Source of the DNA: an uncultured Planctomycetales bacterium
GTDB taxonomy: Bacteria > Planctomycetota > Phycisphaerae > UBA1845 > PWPN01
Length of the DNA: 64,000 nucleotides
Direction: 5' to 3'
Assembly: GCA_964579675.1 (NCBI GenBank)
Contig: CAZOIA010000002.1
Span: 5,060-69,059, forward strand
The notes beneath the pieces are model-generated. The model saw only the letters and a list, made by a program, of their open reading frames with translations, did not search any database and was not told the DNA's origin. A program made the position numbers and the translations under genes. Positions 28,477 through 38,211 of the stretch are shown one piece after another (within the stretch, counting starts at the first letter, position 1; each line of letters opens with the position of its first letter).

Positions 28477-30849
28477 ATGAACATCACCGGCACCTTGACG
28501 GATCTGCTGGTTTGGCCCCGGCGCCTGGGCGGTGACGTGACCGAGCTGGCGGTGCGGGCCCGGCCGATCTTCGGGCCGGCAGCGACCGCGGCCTCGGCAG
28601 TAGCATTGCTCCTGCTGGTGCTTTGGATCTACCGCCGGGCCGGGGCTGAGCTGTCGCCCCGGCGGCGTGGCGTGTTGCTGACCCTGCGGATCGCGGCGGT
28701 CTGTTGTCTGCTGCCCGCGCTTGTCGAGCTGTCGCTGCAGGTCCGGCTTCGCCGGGACGTCAAACCGGTTCTCGCGGTGGCGGTTGACGCCTCCGAAAGC
28801 ATGTCGCTGGCGGATCAGTATACGACGGACCAGCAGCGACGGGCGCTCGCGGCAGCGACCGGCTCGACCGCGAACGACTCGCCGCCGCCGGAATCCACGC
28901 TGCTCCGCATCGAGCTGGTCAGAGCCATGCTGTCGGCGGGCGGCGGTTCGCGGCTCGCGCGATTGAGCCAGGCGAGCGACCTTCAATTCTTCACGTTCGA
29001 TCGCACCGCACGCCCGGTCGCCGAGACCGCCGTCAACTCGCTCCTCGCCGGGCTCAGACCTTCGGGCCTTCACACCTCGCTTGCCGCCAGCATAGGACAG
29101 ATCGCGGATCGGCTCCGCGGCCAGCCGACCGCAGGCATCCTTGTGCTGAGCGACGGGGCAAACAACACCGGCGGATCGCCCCTGCCCGCCTGCGCGCGCT
29201 GGCGACAGGCAGGCGTGCCCGTCCACACCGTCGCGGTCGGCGACCCGGAGCCAAAGGACATCGAGATCCGCCAGGTACTGGCCAACCGATTGCTGTTTAC
29301 CGGCGATCCGGCCACGGTCATCGTTCGCCTCCGTCAGCGCGGGTATCAACAGGGGCACATCCCGGTGATCCTCCGACGAGGGAGTGAGGAACTCGCCCGC
29401 GTGGAAACGGCCTTCTCGAGCGGCCGGGCCGACATCAACGTACCGGTCACCTTCACGCCCACCCAATCCGGCGAACAGACCTTCCGCGTCGAGTGCCCCG
29501 CGCAACCCGGCGAGACGGTCGAGCAGAACAACCACAAGCGTTTCGCGGCCCGCGTCACCAGTGAGCGAATCCGCGTGCTCTACCTCGAACACAGGCCTCG
29601 CTGGCAATACCGCTTCCTTCACGACGCGATGAATCGCGACCGGCGGCTGAAGCTCCAGATCCTGCTGGCAGGGGCCGAGCAGGTCGCCAAGCCCCTGCCG
29701 CCGTTCATCAACGCCCTGCCGACAAGCAAAGAGGCCTTCGACGCTTACGATCTGATCATTGTCGGCGACATCGACCCGGCGAGTATGACCGCCGAACAGA
29801 TGGACTGGATCGCCGAGTTGGTGCGCGACGACGGAGCCGGTCTGCTGCTGCTGGCCGGTCCATGCTTCAACCCGCGGGCCTACATGGACACGCCGCTGGC
29901 GGATCTGTTCCCGGTCGAGCCGGCCGACGAGCCCGGGCGCTCCCCCCGGCGACCACGCGCCGCCAGCGCGGACCGGTTTGCACCCCAGTTGTCGCCGCTC
30001 GGGCGATCGCATCCCGCCGTCCAACTCGCCGAGGGGGTGGAGGAGAACATCGAACGCTGGGGATCGCTTCCGGGCATCTTCTGGTTCGCGCCCGTGCGCA
30101 AGGCACGTCCGGCAGCCTCGGTGCTGGTGGTCCATCCGACCGAGACCACCGAGGCGACGCCTCCCCAGCCGCTGCCGCTGCTGGCGGTGCAACACTTCGG
30201 CCGGGGCAGGGCCTTCTATTGCGGTATCGACGAGACCTGGCGGTGGCGACTCAAACAGGGTGACCGCATCTTCTATCGCCTGTGGGGTCAGGTCATTCAA
30301 TACCTCGGGGCGCCGCATTTAAGCAGCGGACAACAGCAGGTTGCCCTTAGAACCGACCGGCCGCTGTACGGCCGAGGGGAAACGGCCCTGGTCACCGCCC
30401 GCATCGAGGAGATCTCCGGGGCCGAGCTGCCGCCGGTCGTGGCTGAGAGTGAGGACGGCCAGCAGACCCGCCTCGCGCTAACGCCTTCGCCCGGGGCGGA
30501 GCATTTGTACGAGGCCCGCCTGCCCCTGCCCGCCGCCGGGCTGTACAAGCTCTGGATCGAAGGACATGCCCTGGAGGCGTCGGCCAGCATCGAGGTCGAG
30601 GCGCCGCAGCTCGAGTTGCGCGACCCGGCTGCCAACGTATCACTCATGAAGGAGATCGCCGACAACACCGGCGGGCAGCATTGCCGCCCGGGTGAGTTCG
30701 ACGCATTCCTCGATCGGCTCGATCTGTCCCCTCGGACGATCAAGGAGCAGAACAATCTGCCCTTGTGGGATCGGCCGGCGCTGGTCCTGCTGTTCGTGTG
30801 CCTGCTGGGGGCGGAGTGGGTCCTTCGGCGATTGTGGCAATTGCCGTGA
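28477..30849 (+). CDS. VWA-domain membrane protein (BatB-like) with C-terminal class-I glutamine-amidotransferase-like domain and TM anchor
   Basis: N-terminal TM segments, MIDAS VAVDASESM, ILVLSDGANNTG, later YDLIIVGDID, and a C-terminal TM segment LVLLFVCLLGAEWVL. Confidence 0.7.
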   Translation: MNITGTLTDLLVWPRRLGGDVTELAVRARPIFGPAATAASAVALLLLVLWIYRRAGAELSPRRRGVLLTLRIAAVCCLLPALVELSLQVRLRRDVKPVLAVAVDASESMSLADQYTTDQQRRALAAATGSTANDSPPPESTLLRIELVRAMLSAGGGSRLARLSQASDLQFFTFDRTARPVAETAVNSLLAGLRPSGLHTSLAASIGQIADRLRGQPTAGILVLSDGANNTGGSPLPACARWRQAGVPVHTVAVGDPEPKDIEIRQVLANRLLFTGDPATVIVRLRQRGYQQGHIPVILRRGSEELARVETAFSSGRADINVPVTFTPTQSGEQTFRVECPAQPGETVEQNNHKRFAARVTSERIRVLYLEHRPRWQYRFLHDAMNRDRRLKLQILLAGAEQVAKPLPPFINALPTSKEAFDAYDLIIVGDIDPASMTAEQMDWIAELVRDDGAGLLLLAGPCFNPRAYMDTPLADLFPVEPADEPGRSPRRPRAASADRFAPQLSPLGRSHPAVQLAEGVEENIERWGSLPGIFWFAPVRKARPAASVLVVHPTETTEATPPQPLPLLAVQHFGRGRAFYCGIDETWRWRLKQGDRIFYRLWGQVIQYLGAPHLSSGQQQVALRTDRPLYGRGETALVTARIEEISGAELPPVVAESEDGQQTRLALTPSPGAEHLYEARLPLPAAGLYKLWIEGHALEASASIEVEAPQLELRDPAANVSLMKEIADNTGGQHCRPGEFDAFLDRLDLSPRTIKEQNNLPLWDRPALVLLFVCLLGAEWVLRRLWQLP

Positions 30850-30861
30850 GGCGGGGAGAAC

Positions 30862-30910
30862 GATGAATGATGAATGATGAATGATGAGCGATGAATGATG
30901 AACGATGAAC
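30862..30910 (+). repeat. Seven tandem heptads GATGAAY (GATGAAT x4, GATGAGC, GATGAAC x2) spanning the start of the next gene
   Basis: Perfect 7-nt phasing from 30862 to 30910. It begins 13 nt after the upstream stop (30847-30849). The annotated ATG 30905 lies in the last unit. Confidence 0.85.
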
Positions 30911-32926
30911 GGAAGACGCCGGAGCGTTGACGAGAAGGCAATGGCGGCATCAGACGAAAAGGTAACGCCACCAGGACGCGGCGCCGGACCCGAATCGAGC
31001 ATCGCTCACCCGCGGCGCTGCCAGGCCCGGATCGAGCAGGTGCAGAAGCGGTGGCTCATGCTGCGCCGGTTCCTGGCGGTCAGTCTCCTGCTGGCGGTGG
31101 CATCGGTGAGCGGGGCAATCGTCGTCGGGCTGGATGCCTGGCTGCGGGGCGGGCACCTGACCCGGTCGATGCTCCTGCTGGCGTGCGTAGCCAGCGTGGT
31201 ATGGGTCTCTCGCCGGTTCGCTGCCCCGCTGTGGGACCGGCTATCGCATGATAAGGCGGCCCTGCTCCTGGAGCACAGCTATCCGAAGCTGGCCGGGCGG
31301 CTGGTGACGGCGGTGCAACTGGCCACCCCGACCATCCGCGAGCGGTCCGGCACCTCCGTGGGCCTCTACCGACAGGTGCAGACGGCCGCCGAGGAGGCCG
31401 CCGGCCGCCTCGACCCCGTACGCGTCCTGCCGGGACGATCCCCGCTTCAGCGAGCGGCGGTCGCCTGGGGCCTGGTGTTGCTGCTGCTGGTCGTGGCGGG
31501 GCTCAACCGCGAGGGAGCCTCCATCGGCATCGCCCGGGTGCTCATGCCCTGGCGCCAGATCGATTGGCCCCAACGCACCCGACTCCATATCACCGCTGCG
31601 GACGAGCGCGTAGTCCGCGGCGGGACGCTCGAAATCGCCGGCAAGGTGAGCGGAGTCGTACCCGCCACGGGAACGCTTCACGTGCAAAGCGGAACCGGGG
31701 CTGCGGATCGGGCCCGGTTCAACATCGGCCAGGATGGCGCGTTCACCGTGCGATACCGCCCGGTCAATGATGACCTGAATGTGTCACTGGAAGTCGGCGA
31801 CGCCCGGTCGCAGGTACTGCACGTCGAAATGATCCCGCCGCCGGAGATCATCCGCGTCGAAGCGGAATGTACCTATCCCGCATACACCCACATGGCGCCA
31901 GAGCGACTCTCCGATGGGAACGTGCAGGCCGTCTTCGGATCCCGGATCCGCCTTCGCGTCACCACGAACAAAGCGGTTGCGAGTGCTGCCCTTTCGTGGG
32001 ACGACAAGACCACCATCGCGATGGAGCTCATGGGAGAAGACGAGGCAGAGGCCCGTTTCAACGTGGATGCCAGCCGCTCTTACCGCGTACACCTGACCGA
32101 CGAACTGGGATTCCAGAACGAAGAGCCGGTGGTCTACCGCATCGAGATGATCGACAATCTCTATCCGCGCATCGAGCGGGTCACGCCCACGGCGGACAAA
32201 CGGGTGACACCACAGGCAATGGTACCGATTACCGCCCTTGTCACCGACGATTTCGGCGTGACCGGGCTGACCCTGTGCTACCAGCGCGGGGAAGAGCATG
32301 AGGCTCAGCAGGTAACCATCCCGCTCGAGCATCCGGGCAAGGTGGTCGCGGCCCGGTATGTCTGGTCGCTGGAGCCGCTCGGATTGCAGCCGGGAGACAC
32401 GATCAGCTACAGGCTCCAGGCGCAGGATGCCGGCGAGCACGCAGCCCGGAGCGATTGGCCCGTGTCGCGCTGGCGGCGTTTGCACGTCCTGGACGAGCCG
32501 GAACTGGCCCGCCTGCTCAGTGATCAGTTGGAGCAGATCCTGCACGGTCTGGCCGAGCTTGAGGTGCTCCAGGGTGAGTGCACGTCCGCGGTGGTGCGGG
32601 TCAATAACTCGCTCGACGCCTTGCCGCCCGGGGCGCGTCCTGCTCCCGCCGCCCGCCAGCGGACCCAGGCCGAGAAATGGCGCCAGGACCACCTGGCCCG
32701 GAACGCCGGTCAACTGGCGGCCCGGCTCGGCCGCGTGGCCGAGGATTATGCCATCTCGCGGATCGGCCGGCCCGAGCGGGCCCAGCGACTCCAACGCACC
32801 GCCGACCAGCTCGCCAAGATCTCCGCCACCCACATGCCCGGAATCGTATTGCACCTGGATGAAGCGCTGGTGAACCTGCGCGAACTGGTGGCGCCGCCGA
32901 CAACCCGGCCGCCGGAGAAACCATAG
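30905..32926 (+). CDS. Hypothetical membrane-anchored protein of the MoxR/VWA operon
   Basis: 673-aa ORF with two N-terminal TM segments (FLAVSLLLAVASVSGAIVVGL, MLLLACVASVVWV). Coding-like composition. The stop abuts the next ATG. No family recognised by eye. The start is ambiguous (30905 or ATG 30941). Confidence 0.55.
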   Translation: MNGRRRSVDEKAMAASDEKVTPPGRGAGPESSIAHPRRCQARIEQVQKRWLMLRRFLAVSLLLAVASVSGAIVVGLDAWLRGGHLTRSMLLLACVASVVWVSRRFAAPLWDRLSHDKAALLLEHSYPKLAGRLVTAVQLATPTIRERSGTSVGLYRQVQTAAEEAAGRLDPVRVLPGRSPLQRAAVAWGLVLLLLVVAGLNREGASIGIARVLMPWRQIDWPQRTRLHITAADERVVRGGTLEIAGKVSGVVPATGTLHVQSGTGAADRARFNIGQDGAFTVRYRPVNDDLNVSLEVGDARSQVLHVEMIPPPEIIRVEAECTYPAYTHMAPERLSDGNVQAVFGSRIRLRVTTNKAVASAALSWDDKTTIAMELMGEDEAEARFNVDASRSYRVHLTDELGFQNEEPVVYRIEMIDNLYPRIERVTPTADKRVTPQAMVPITALVTDDFGVTGLTLCYQRGEEHEAQQVTIPLEHPGKVVAARYVWSLEPLGLQPGDTISYRLQAQDAGEHAARSDWPVSRWRRLHVLDEPELARLLSDQLEQILHGLAELEVLQGECTSAVVRVNNSLDALPPGARPAPAARQRTQAEKWRQDHLARNAGQLAARLGRVAEDYAISRIGRPERAQRLQRTADQLAKISATHMPGIVLHLDEALVNLRELVAPPTTRPPEKP

Positions 32927-33967
32927 ATGCACCGAATCACACTGGCGACACTGGCTCCTGTGCTGTTCCTCGGACTCACTCGCCCCGCCGCTGCCCAGTC
33001 GGCCAGCCCGCCGGGCTCCGAGGCCCAACGGGACACCTTCATCGAGTTAACGCCGGCATCCGAGCAGGCCATTCAAAACGCGCTGAAGTACCTGGCCACG
33101 AGTCAGTTGCCCAGCGGGGCGTTTGACAGCAGGTACGGGCCCAACATGGGCGTGACCTCGCTCGCTTTGCTCGCGTTCCTGGCCACCGGCAACGTCCCCG
33201 AACAGGGCCAATACGCCGAGGTGCTCGATCGGGGACTGAACTGGGTGCTGGCCAACGCCCAGCCCAGCGGGCTGATCCACTACGAGGACGGCACGTCGCA
33301 CGGGCCGATGTACGAGCACGCCGCTGCCACGCTGCTGCTGAGCGAGGTCTACGGCATGAGCGAGCGGCCGGAAATCCCCGCCGCCGTCCAGGCAGCGGTC
33401 CGGGTCATCGTCAACGCTCAGAACGACGAAGGGGGCTGGCGCTACCAACCCTTCAATCGCGATGCGGACATCTCTGTCACCGTCATGCAGATCCTTGCCC
33501 TGCGGGGGGCCCAGCGGGCGGGCATGGTCGTGCCGGCCGAGACCATCCAGCGGGCCATCAAGTACGTCAAACGCTGTGCGGACCGCGGCGGGGGATTCCT
33601 CTATCAGACCGGATCGGGCCAGCCCAATTACGCCCGGACCGGGGCCGGCGTCTGCTCGCTGGAGGTGTGCGGAGATTACGATTGCGACGAGGTCCGGCGC
33701 GGGCTCGATTACCTGATCGCCAACATCGGTCAGGACGTCCAGAATGAACACTACCACTACGGCACCTATTACGCCGCCCAGGCAGTGTACCAGGCCAAGG
33801 ACGAACGCCGGTGGCAGCAATGGTTCCCGCCGATGCGGGATCAGATGCTGGGTCAGCAAGAATCGGCGGGCTGCTGGAATACCGGAGTCGGGCGAGAGTA
33901 CGCCACCTCCATGATGGTGCTCGCCCTGGCGATACCCTATCGGTGTCTGCCGATCTACCAGAGATGA
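32927..33967 (+). CDS. Secreted prenyltransferase/squalene-oxidase-repeat (alpha/alpha-toroid, terpene-cyclase-like) protein
   Basis: Signal peptide MHRITLATLAPVLFLGLTRPAAAQ. Repeated GGW/GGF motifs (NDEGGWRYQP, DRGGGFLYQ, SAGCWN). Confidence 0.7.
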   Translation: MHRITLATLAPVLFLGLTRPAAAQSASPPGSEAQRDTFIELTPASEQAIQNALKYLATSQLPSGAFDSRYGPNMGVTSLALLAFLATGNVPEQGQYAEVLDRGLNWVLANAQPSGLIHYEDGTSHGPMYEHAAATLLLSEVYGMSERPEIPAAVQAAVRVIVNAQNDEGGWRYQPFNRDADISVTVMQILALRGAQRAGMVVPAETIQRAIKYVKRCADRGGGFLYQTGSGQPNYARTGAGVCSLEVCGDYDCDEVRRGLDYLIANIGQDVQNEHYHYGTYYAAQAVYQAKDERRWQQWFPPMRDQMLGQQESAGCWNTGVGREYATSMMVLALAIPYRCLPIYQR

Positions 33968-33970
33968 ACG

Positions 33971-35385
33971 ATGCACCCCGCCTGCCTGTGCCTGCTGCTG
34001 CTGACCGCCGTGCCTGGCCGAACGGATACACCCGTTATGGTGCTGTCGGAGGGGCGGGTCATCTCAGCAGCCGACTTCTCGATCGGTCCGAGCGGTGAAC
34101 TGATCGTCGTGCCCGCGGGCAAAGGTGAGCCGCCAGAGTCGATCGTTGTTGACTCCCCGGCCCTGCTGGATGCCAGTATGGTGCCGAAGGCCAAGCCCGG
34201 CCAACCCAAAGCCGCCGGCACCGGTGCGAGCGTTCAACTGACCTGCGGTGAGATCCTGCAAGGCTCGATCGTCGAGCCCGATTCGCCCGGTACGATTCGC
34301 TTCAACACCTGCCACTTCGGTCCCCAGCGGCTGGCCCTCGAGAAGATCGCGACGATTCACCTGGCCGGCAGGCGGGCGAGCCGACCGGCCACCGACAGCG
34401 GCCGTGACCACCCCTGCCTGGTGCTCACCAACGGCGACCTGATCGCGGGGGCGATCAAGCTCATCACACCCACCGCGGTCACGATTGACTCGGCGTTCGG
34501 CGAGACTGAAACCGACATCTCCCGGGTCGCCGGCATTACTCTGGCAGGCGATCCGCCGCTCGTGGACGGGCGCACCACCGGCCAACTCATCTGCTCGCTG
34601 GCGGACGGTCAACGGTGGTACGTGGACAACCTCGCCGCCGGCCCGGCCAAGGGGCAGGTACGACTCCACCGCGCCGGCAGCGCGGCCGATCTGCCGGTGA
34701 CCCATTTGCGGCAACTCGTCTTTGCCGGTTGGACGATCCGCGAACTGATCGCGCTCGGTCCGCCTGAGGTCCGCACCACCCCTACCTGGGCGGGACAGTC
34801 CCCGTGCAGATCGACGAGGCCAGGAGCCGGCGCCCCCGGGCGATCGGCAACCGGTCGTTCCTCGGGGGAATCACCGCCCGACCCCGGTCCCGCGTCAGCT
34901 ACACCTTGAACACCCCCGCCGCGTACCTCATCGGCTGGGTCGGGATCGATCCGGTTCGCGGCAGCGCCGGCATCTGCGACGCGCGAATCGAGTCCGACGG
35001 CAAAACACTCGTCAGCTTCAACGGGCTCACCGCGCGTGCCGGCGCCCAGCGCATCGCCGTGTCCACAACCAACCTGAACCACATCACACTGATCACCGAC
35101 TTCGGCCCCAACGCGGAGATCGGCGATTGCCTCAACTGGTGCGAGTTGATGTTGATCGAGAAGAAGCCGCCGGCAACCAGCCAGGGGCACGTGTTGCTCA
35201 ATCACCCCGGTGCGAACAACGGGCAGGCCATCGTCCGGGAGCGGTTGGCGTACGAGGCCCGCGACGCTGTCTTGTTTCGCCTGCCCCTCCCGCTAGAATA
35301 CACCGCGTCATCGATACGATCACGAGAATACGGACCACAAGCCGGTCACAGAACGAGCAGCATTGACGCAGGCCCTCGCGAATAA
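33971..35385 (+). pseudogene. Secreted protein with C-terminal NPCBM-like domain, interrupted by a 1-nt frameshift near 34800-34804
   Basis: The ORF 33971-34909 (signal peptide MHPACLCLLLLTAVPG) runs into Pro/Arg/Ser-rich out-of-frame-looking sequence after ...TPTWAGQSP. The overlapping ORF 34804-35385 continues in a different frame with VQIDEARSRRPRAIGNRSFLGGI...YLIGWVGIDP...ESDGKTL...DCLNWCELMLI (NPCBM-like). The junction falls at a CCCC run (34800-34803). Confidence 0.5.
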
Positions 35386-35388
35386 GAG

Positions 35389-35472
35389 GCCGAAGTGGCG
35401 GAATTGGCAGACGCGCGGGATTCAAAATCCCGTTCCCGCAAGGGAGTGAGGGTTCGAGTCCCTCCTTCGGCA
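35389..35472 (+). tRNA. tRNA-Leu (anticodon CAA), type II with long variable arm
   Basis: Acceptor GCCGAAG/CTTCGGC plus discriminator A. Anticodon stem CGGGA/TCCCG with loop TTCAAAA. Variable arm CCC-GCAA-GGG. T-arm GAGGG-TTCGAGT-CCCTC. CCA is not encoded. Confidence 0.93.
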
Positions 35473-35618
35473 ATTGCAGTAACCCGTTGCGACCAGACGA
35501 ACAAGGGTCTCGCGAGCCATCGGCCATGGCGTTCCCCGTTGCGACCGGAGGCTCAACGCCGCTGGTACCGGAGCCCTGAATGTCGCACCGGCCATATCCG
35601 GAAAGATCGGAGGACGTG

Positions 35619-36104
35619 ATGGCAGAGACGCACAAAGACGGGCTCACGCATCTCGACAGCCGGGGATCGGCCCACATGGTAGACGTCGGGTCCAAGCGTC
35701 CCACCCGGCGTGAGGCCGTCGCAAGCGCTCGGGTCCGCGTGGGAACCAGGACTCTAGACCTGATCCTCTCGGGCGGCATCCCCAAGGGCGACGTCTTCGG
35801 CGTCGCTCGAATCGCCGCCATCGCCGCCGCAAAGCGAACCCCCGACCTGATCCCGCTATGCCATCCCCTGCCGATCGACGTCGTCGAGATCGAGCTCGAA
35901 CCCCAGCCGCCTGACACCGTCCTGATCACCGCCACCACCCGGGCTACCGCCAAAACGGGCGCAGAGATGGAGGTGTTGACCGCTGCCAGTATCGCCGCTC
36001 TGGCGGTCTACGACATGTGCAAACCGGTAACAAAGGGCATGGAGATCGGCCCCATCCGACTTGAACGCAAGACCGGCGGTCAATCCGGCACCTACCGCCG
36101 GTGA
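35619..36104 (+). CDS. moaC: Cyclic pyranopterin monophosphate synthase MoaC
   Basis: MAETHKDGLTHLDSRGSAHMVDVGSKRPTRREAVA..., IPLCHPL and MEVLTAASIAALAVYDMCK are canonical MoaC. GGAGGA RBS lies 6 nt upstream of ATG 35619. Confidence 0.9.
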   Translation: MAETHKDGLTHLDSRGSAHMVDVGSKRPTRREAVASARVRVGTRTLDLILSGGIPKGDVFGVARIAAIAAAKRTPDLIPLCHPLPIDVVEIELEPQPPDTVLITATTRATAKTGAEMEVLTAASIAALAVYDMCKPVTKGMEIGPIRLERKTGGQSGTYRR

Positions 36105-36150
36105 TCGTTCTGCCAGGCCGCAACGCCGCAACCGACAGGCGACCGCGACA

Positions 36151-36906
36151 TTACCCCTGCACGGAGCAGGTCTTGACCAGGCCAACGACCGCCTTGACCA
36201 GGAGAGTCACAATCAGCAGGAGAAGCAGAACCGCCACCGAGAAGGTGATCAACGGCCAGACGGACGTGAGCGGCTCGGCGGCCGACCTCGTGATTCGATC
36301 GATCAGGAACGCCAGGATCCCGGCGATGAAGATGGCCCCCAGTGCGCCCCGTACGTTTCCGGTCAGTGGGGCCATCCGCACCGTCAGGCAGATCGCCAGG
36401 TACAAGAACAGCAGCGTCCGCCAGTCGGTCAGATTGCAGCTTCGGATCACGCTGACCAGTTGCTCGACCAGTTGGAGCGACGTGTGAAGCGTAGCGAAGA
36501 ACAGGGGCAGACTCGTCGGCAGCGAGAAGCGCTCCACCGAGGTCACTGCCATCCCGGCCAGGATTTCCGAGCCGAGATACCGCGAGACCCAGTAGATGGC
36601 TGCGGCACAACCGGCCATCGGCAACAGCGCGATGATGATGGTCCCCACGACCGGCAACCGGGGCTTGGGGTTCCCGGTCTGCGGCTCACCGGACTCGTCG
36701 TCCTTGATCAGGGCGGTGTTCTCGACCGTGCCACCAGTGATTAGCAGGCCGAGGATATGGCCGAGTTGAGCCACCAGGGTCCCGGGCAGCAGGATCGAAT
36801 TGACGACCTTCGGCTGAACCAGCGAACCCCACAATCGATGCACCCCCAGCGCGGTGAAGACGATCACCAGCAGCCAGAACGTGATTGCCGCATATTCCAT
36901 GTTCAC
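36151..36906 (-). CDS. Hypothetical polytopic membrane protein
   Basis: 251-aa ORF with ~6 hydrophobic segments and coding-like composition. No family recognised by eye. Confidence 0.5.
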   Translation of the reverse strand: MNMEYAAITFWLLVIVFTALGVHRLWGSLVQPKVVNSILLPGTLVAQLGHILGLLITGGTVENTALIKDDESGEPQTGNPKPRLPVVGTIIIALLPMAGCAAAIYWVSRYLGSEILAGMAVTSVERFSLPTSLPLFFATLHTSLQLVEQLVSVIRSCNLTDWRTLLFLYLAICLTVRMAPLTGNVRGALGAIFIAGILAFLIDRITRSAAEPLTSVWPLITFSVAVLLLLLIVTLLVKAVVGLVKTCSVQG

Positions 36907-37121
36907 CCGCCTCCTGTTGGGCCGAGCGCTTTAGGATACTGGAATATCGACCACAATGGGCCCTTCGTCTGAGCGGATCTGACCGCATTGGACCGCTTCG
37001 GGGTTTTGAGAGTGCTTCTCGAGACACGGCTTGCCATGACCGGCTTTGCGGCCCGGGCTCTGGCACACGCGGGCGGTTTCAGCCCCTCGTATCCGCCTGG
37101 CTGCACCCGGCTGCTGCGGCT

Positions 37122-38045
37122 CTATTCCCAGTTTTCCACGACGCGATCGGCGATGTGTTCAGGGGCGTCGCTCTCGGTGACGTTCACCCAGCGGATACCG
37201 GGCATGCGGCGCATCCAGGTCCGCTGGTGCTTGGCCAGCCGCCGCGAGTTGATCTTGACTCTTTCGATGGCGTCTTCGAGCGACATTTCGCCGCGGAGGT
37301 GGGCGATGATCTCCGCGTAGCCCACCGCCTGGGCGGCTTGGGGCCCGATGCCGGCCGGCTCCGCCAGCAGCGAGCGTACCTCGTCGACCAGGCCGGCTTC
37401 GATCATCCGTTTCACGCGAGCATTGATCCGCCCGCTCGTTTCCTCCTTCGAGCGACGCAGGGCCACCAGCCGGCAATCGTACCGCGAGTTGGGCTGGTCC
37501 CATTGTCCCTGCAGCTCGCTGATCGACACCCCGGCCAGATGATAGACTTCCAATGCCCGCTCGATGCGGCGCAGGTCGTTCGGGTGAATGCGGGCGGCCG
37601 CCTGCGGGTCGAGCCCGGCCAACTCGACGTGCAGGGCCCGGGTGCCTTCGTGCCGGGCCCGCTCGCGCAGCTCTCGCCGGAACTCGGGATCGGCGCTCGG
37701 CCCCTCGAATACCCCGGCGACCAGGCTCTGCACGTACAGCATCGTGCCCCCCACGGCCAGGACGGGCCTGCCGCCAGCGGCAATCTCGTTGATTGCACGG
37801 TCCGCCTGTTCGACGTAGCGACCGAGGCTGAACGAGTCGCTCGGCTCCGCCACGTCGATCAGGTGGTGCGGGATCTCCGCCCGGACCTCGGACGACGGCT
37901 TTGCGGTGCCGATGTCCATTCGGCGGTAGATCTTCATCGAGTCGACCGAGACGATCTCCCCGCCGAGCCGCCGGGCCAACTCCAGACTGGTACCGCTCTT
38001 ACCGCTTGCCGTACACCCGATCAGCAGATTGACACGAATCGCCAT
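37122..38045 (-). CDS. miaA: tRNA dimethylallyltransferase MiaA
   Basis: ATG 38045: MAIRVNLLIGCTASGKSGTSLELARRLGGEIVSVDSMKIYRRMDIGTAKP (P-loop, DSMxxYRxMDIGTAKP), and HHLIDV. Confidence 0.9.
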   Translation of the reverse strand: MAIRVNLLIGCTASGKSGTSLELARRLGGEIVSVDSMKIYRRMDIGTAKPSSEVRAEIPHHLIDVAEPSDSFSLGRYVEQADRAINEIAAGGRPVLAVGGTMLYVQSLVAGVFEGPSADPEFRRELRERARHEGTRALHVELAGLDPQAAARIHPNDLRRIERALEVYHLAGVSISELQGQWDQPNSRYDCRLVALRRSKEETSGRINARVKRMIEAGLVDEVRSLLAEPAGIGPQAAQAVGYAEIIAHLRGEMSLEDAIERVKINSRRLAKHQRTWMRRMPGIRWVNVTESDAPEHIADRVVENWE

Positions 38046-38211
38046 TTCGTCACCCGGGCGGCTCCCAGTTCCGCTGGCAGTTGCTCTCCAGGATACTTCG
38101 GGCTGCCTTGCCGGGACAGGAGCCGCCGGCTCGCGGGAGAGGGTGCGTGACAGCCCAGACGGCGGGCCGGAGGAAACCCTATGCTCCCTCCGCCAAGCCC
38201 CGGGCCAAACG

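Noticed and set aside
30862-30910. Fur box or other iron-regulator array in the GATGAAT repeats.
   Set aside because: The Fur consensus is built of GATAAT hexamers with dyad symmetry. Here the unit is a directly repeated heptamer without dyad symmetry, and it sits inside an operon rather than at a promoter.
35200-35620. tRNA-Leu as an integration site of a genomic island or mobile element.
   Set aside because: There is no integrase, no direct repeat of the tRNA 3' end, and no compositional break next to the tRNA. The flanking genes (Bat-type operon, moaC, miaA) are housekeeping-like.
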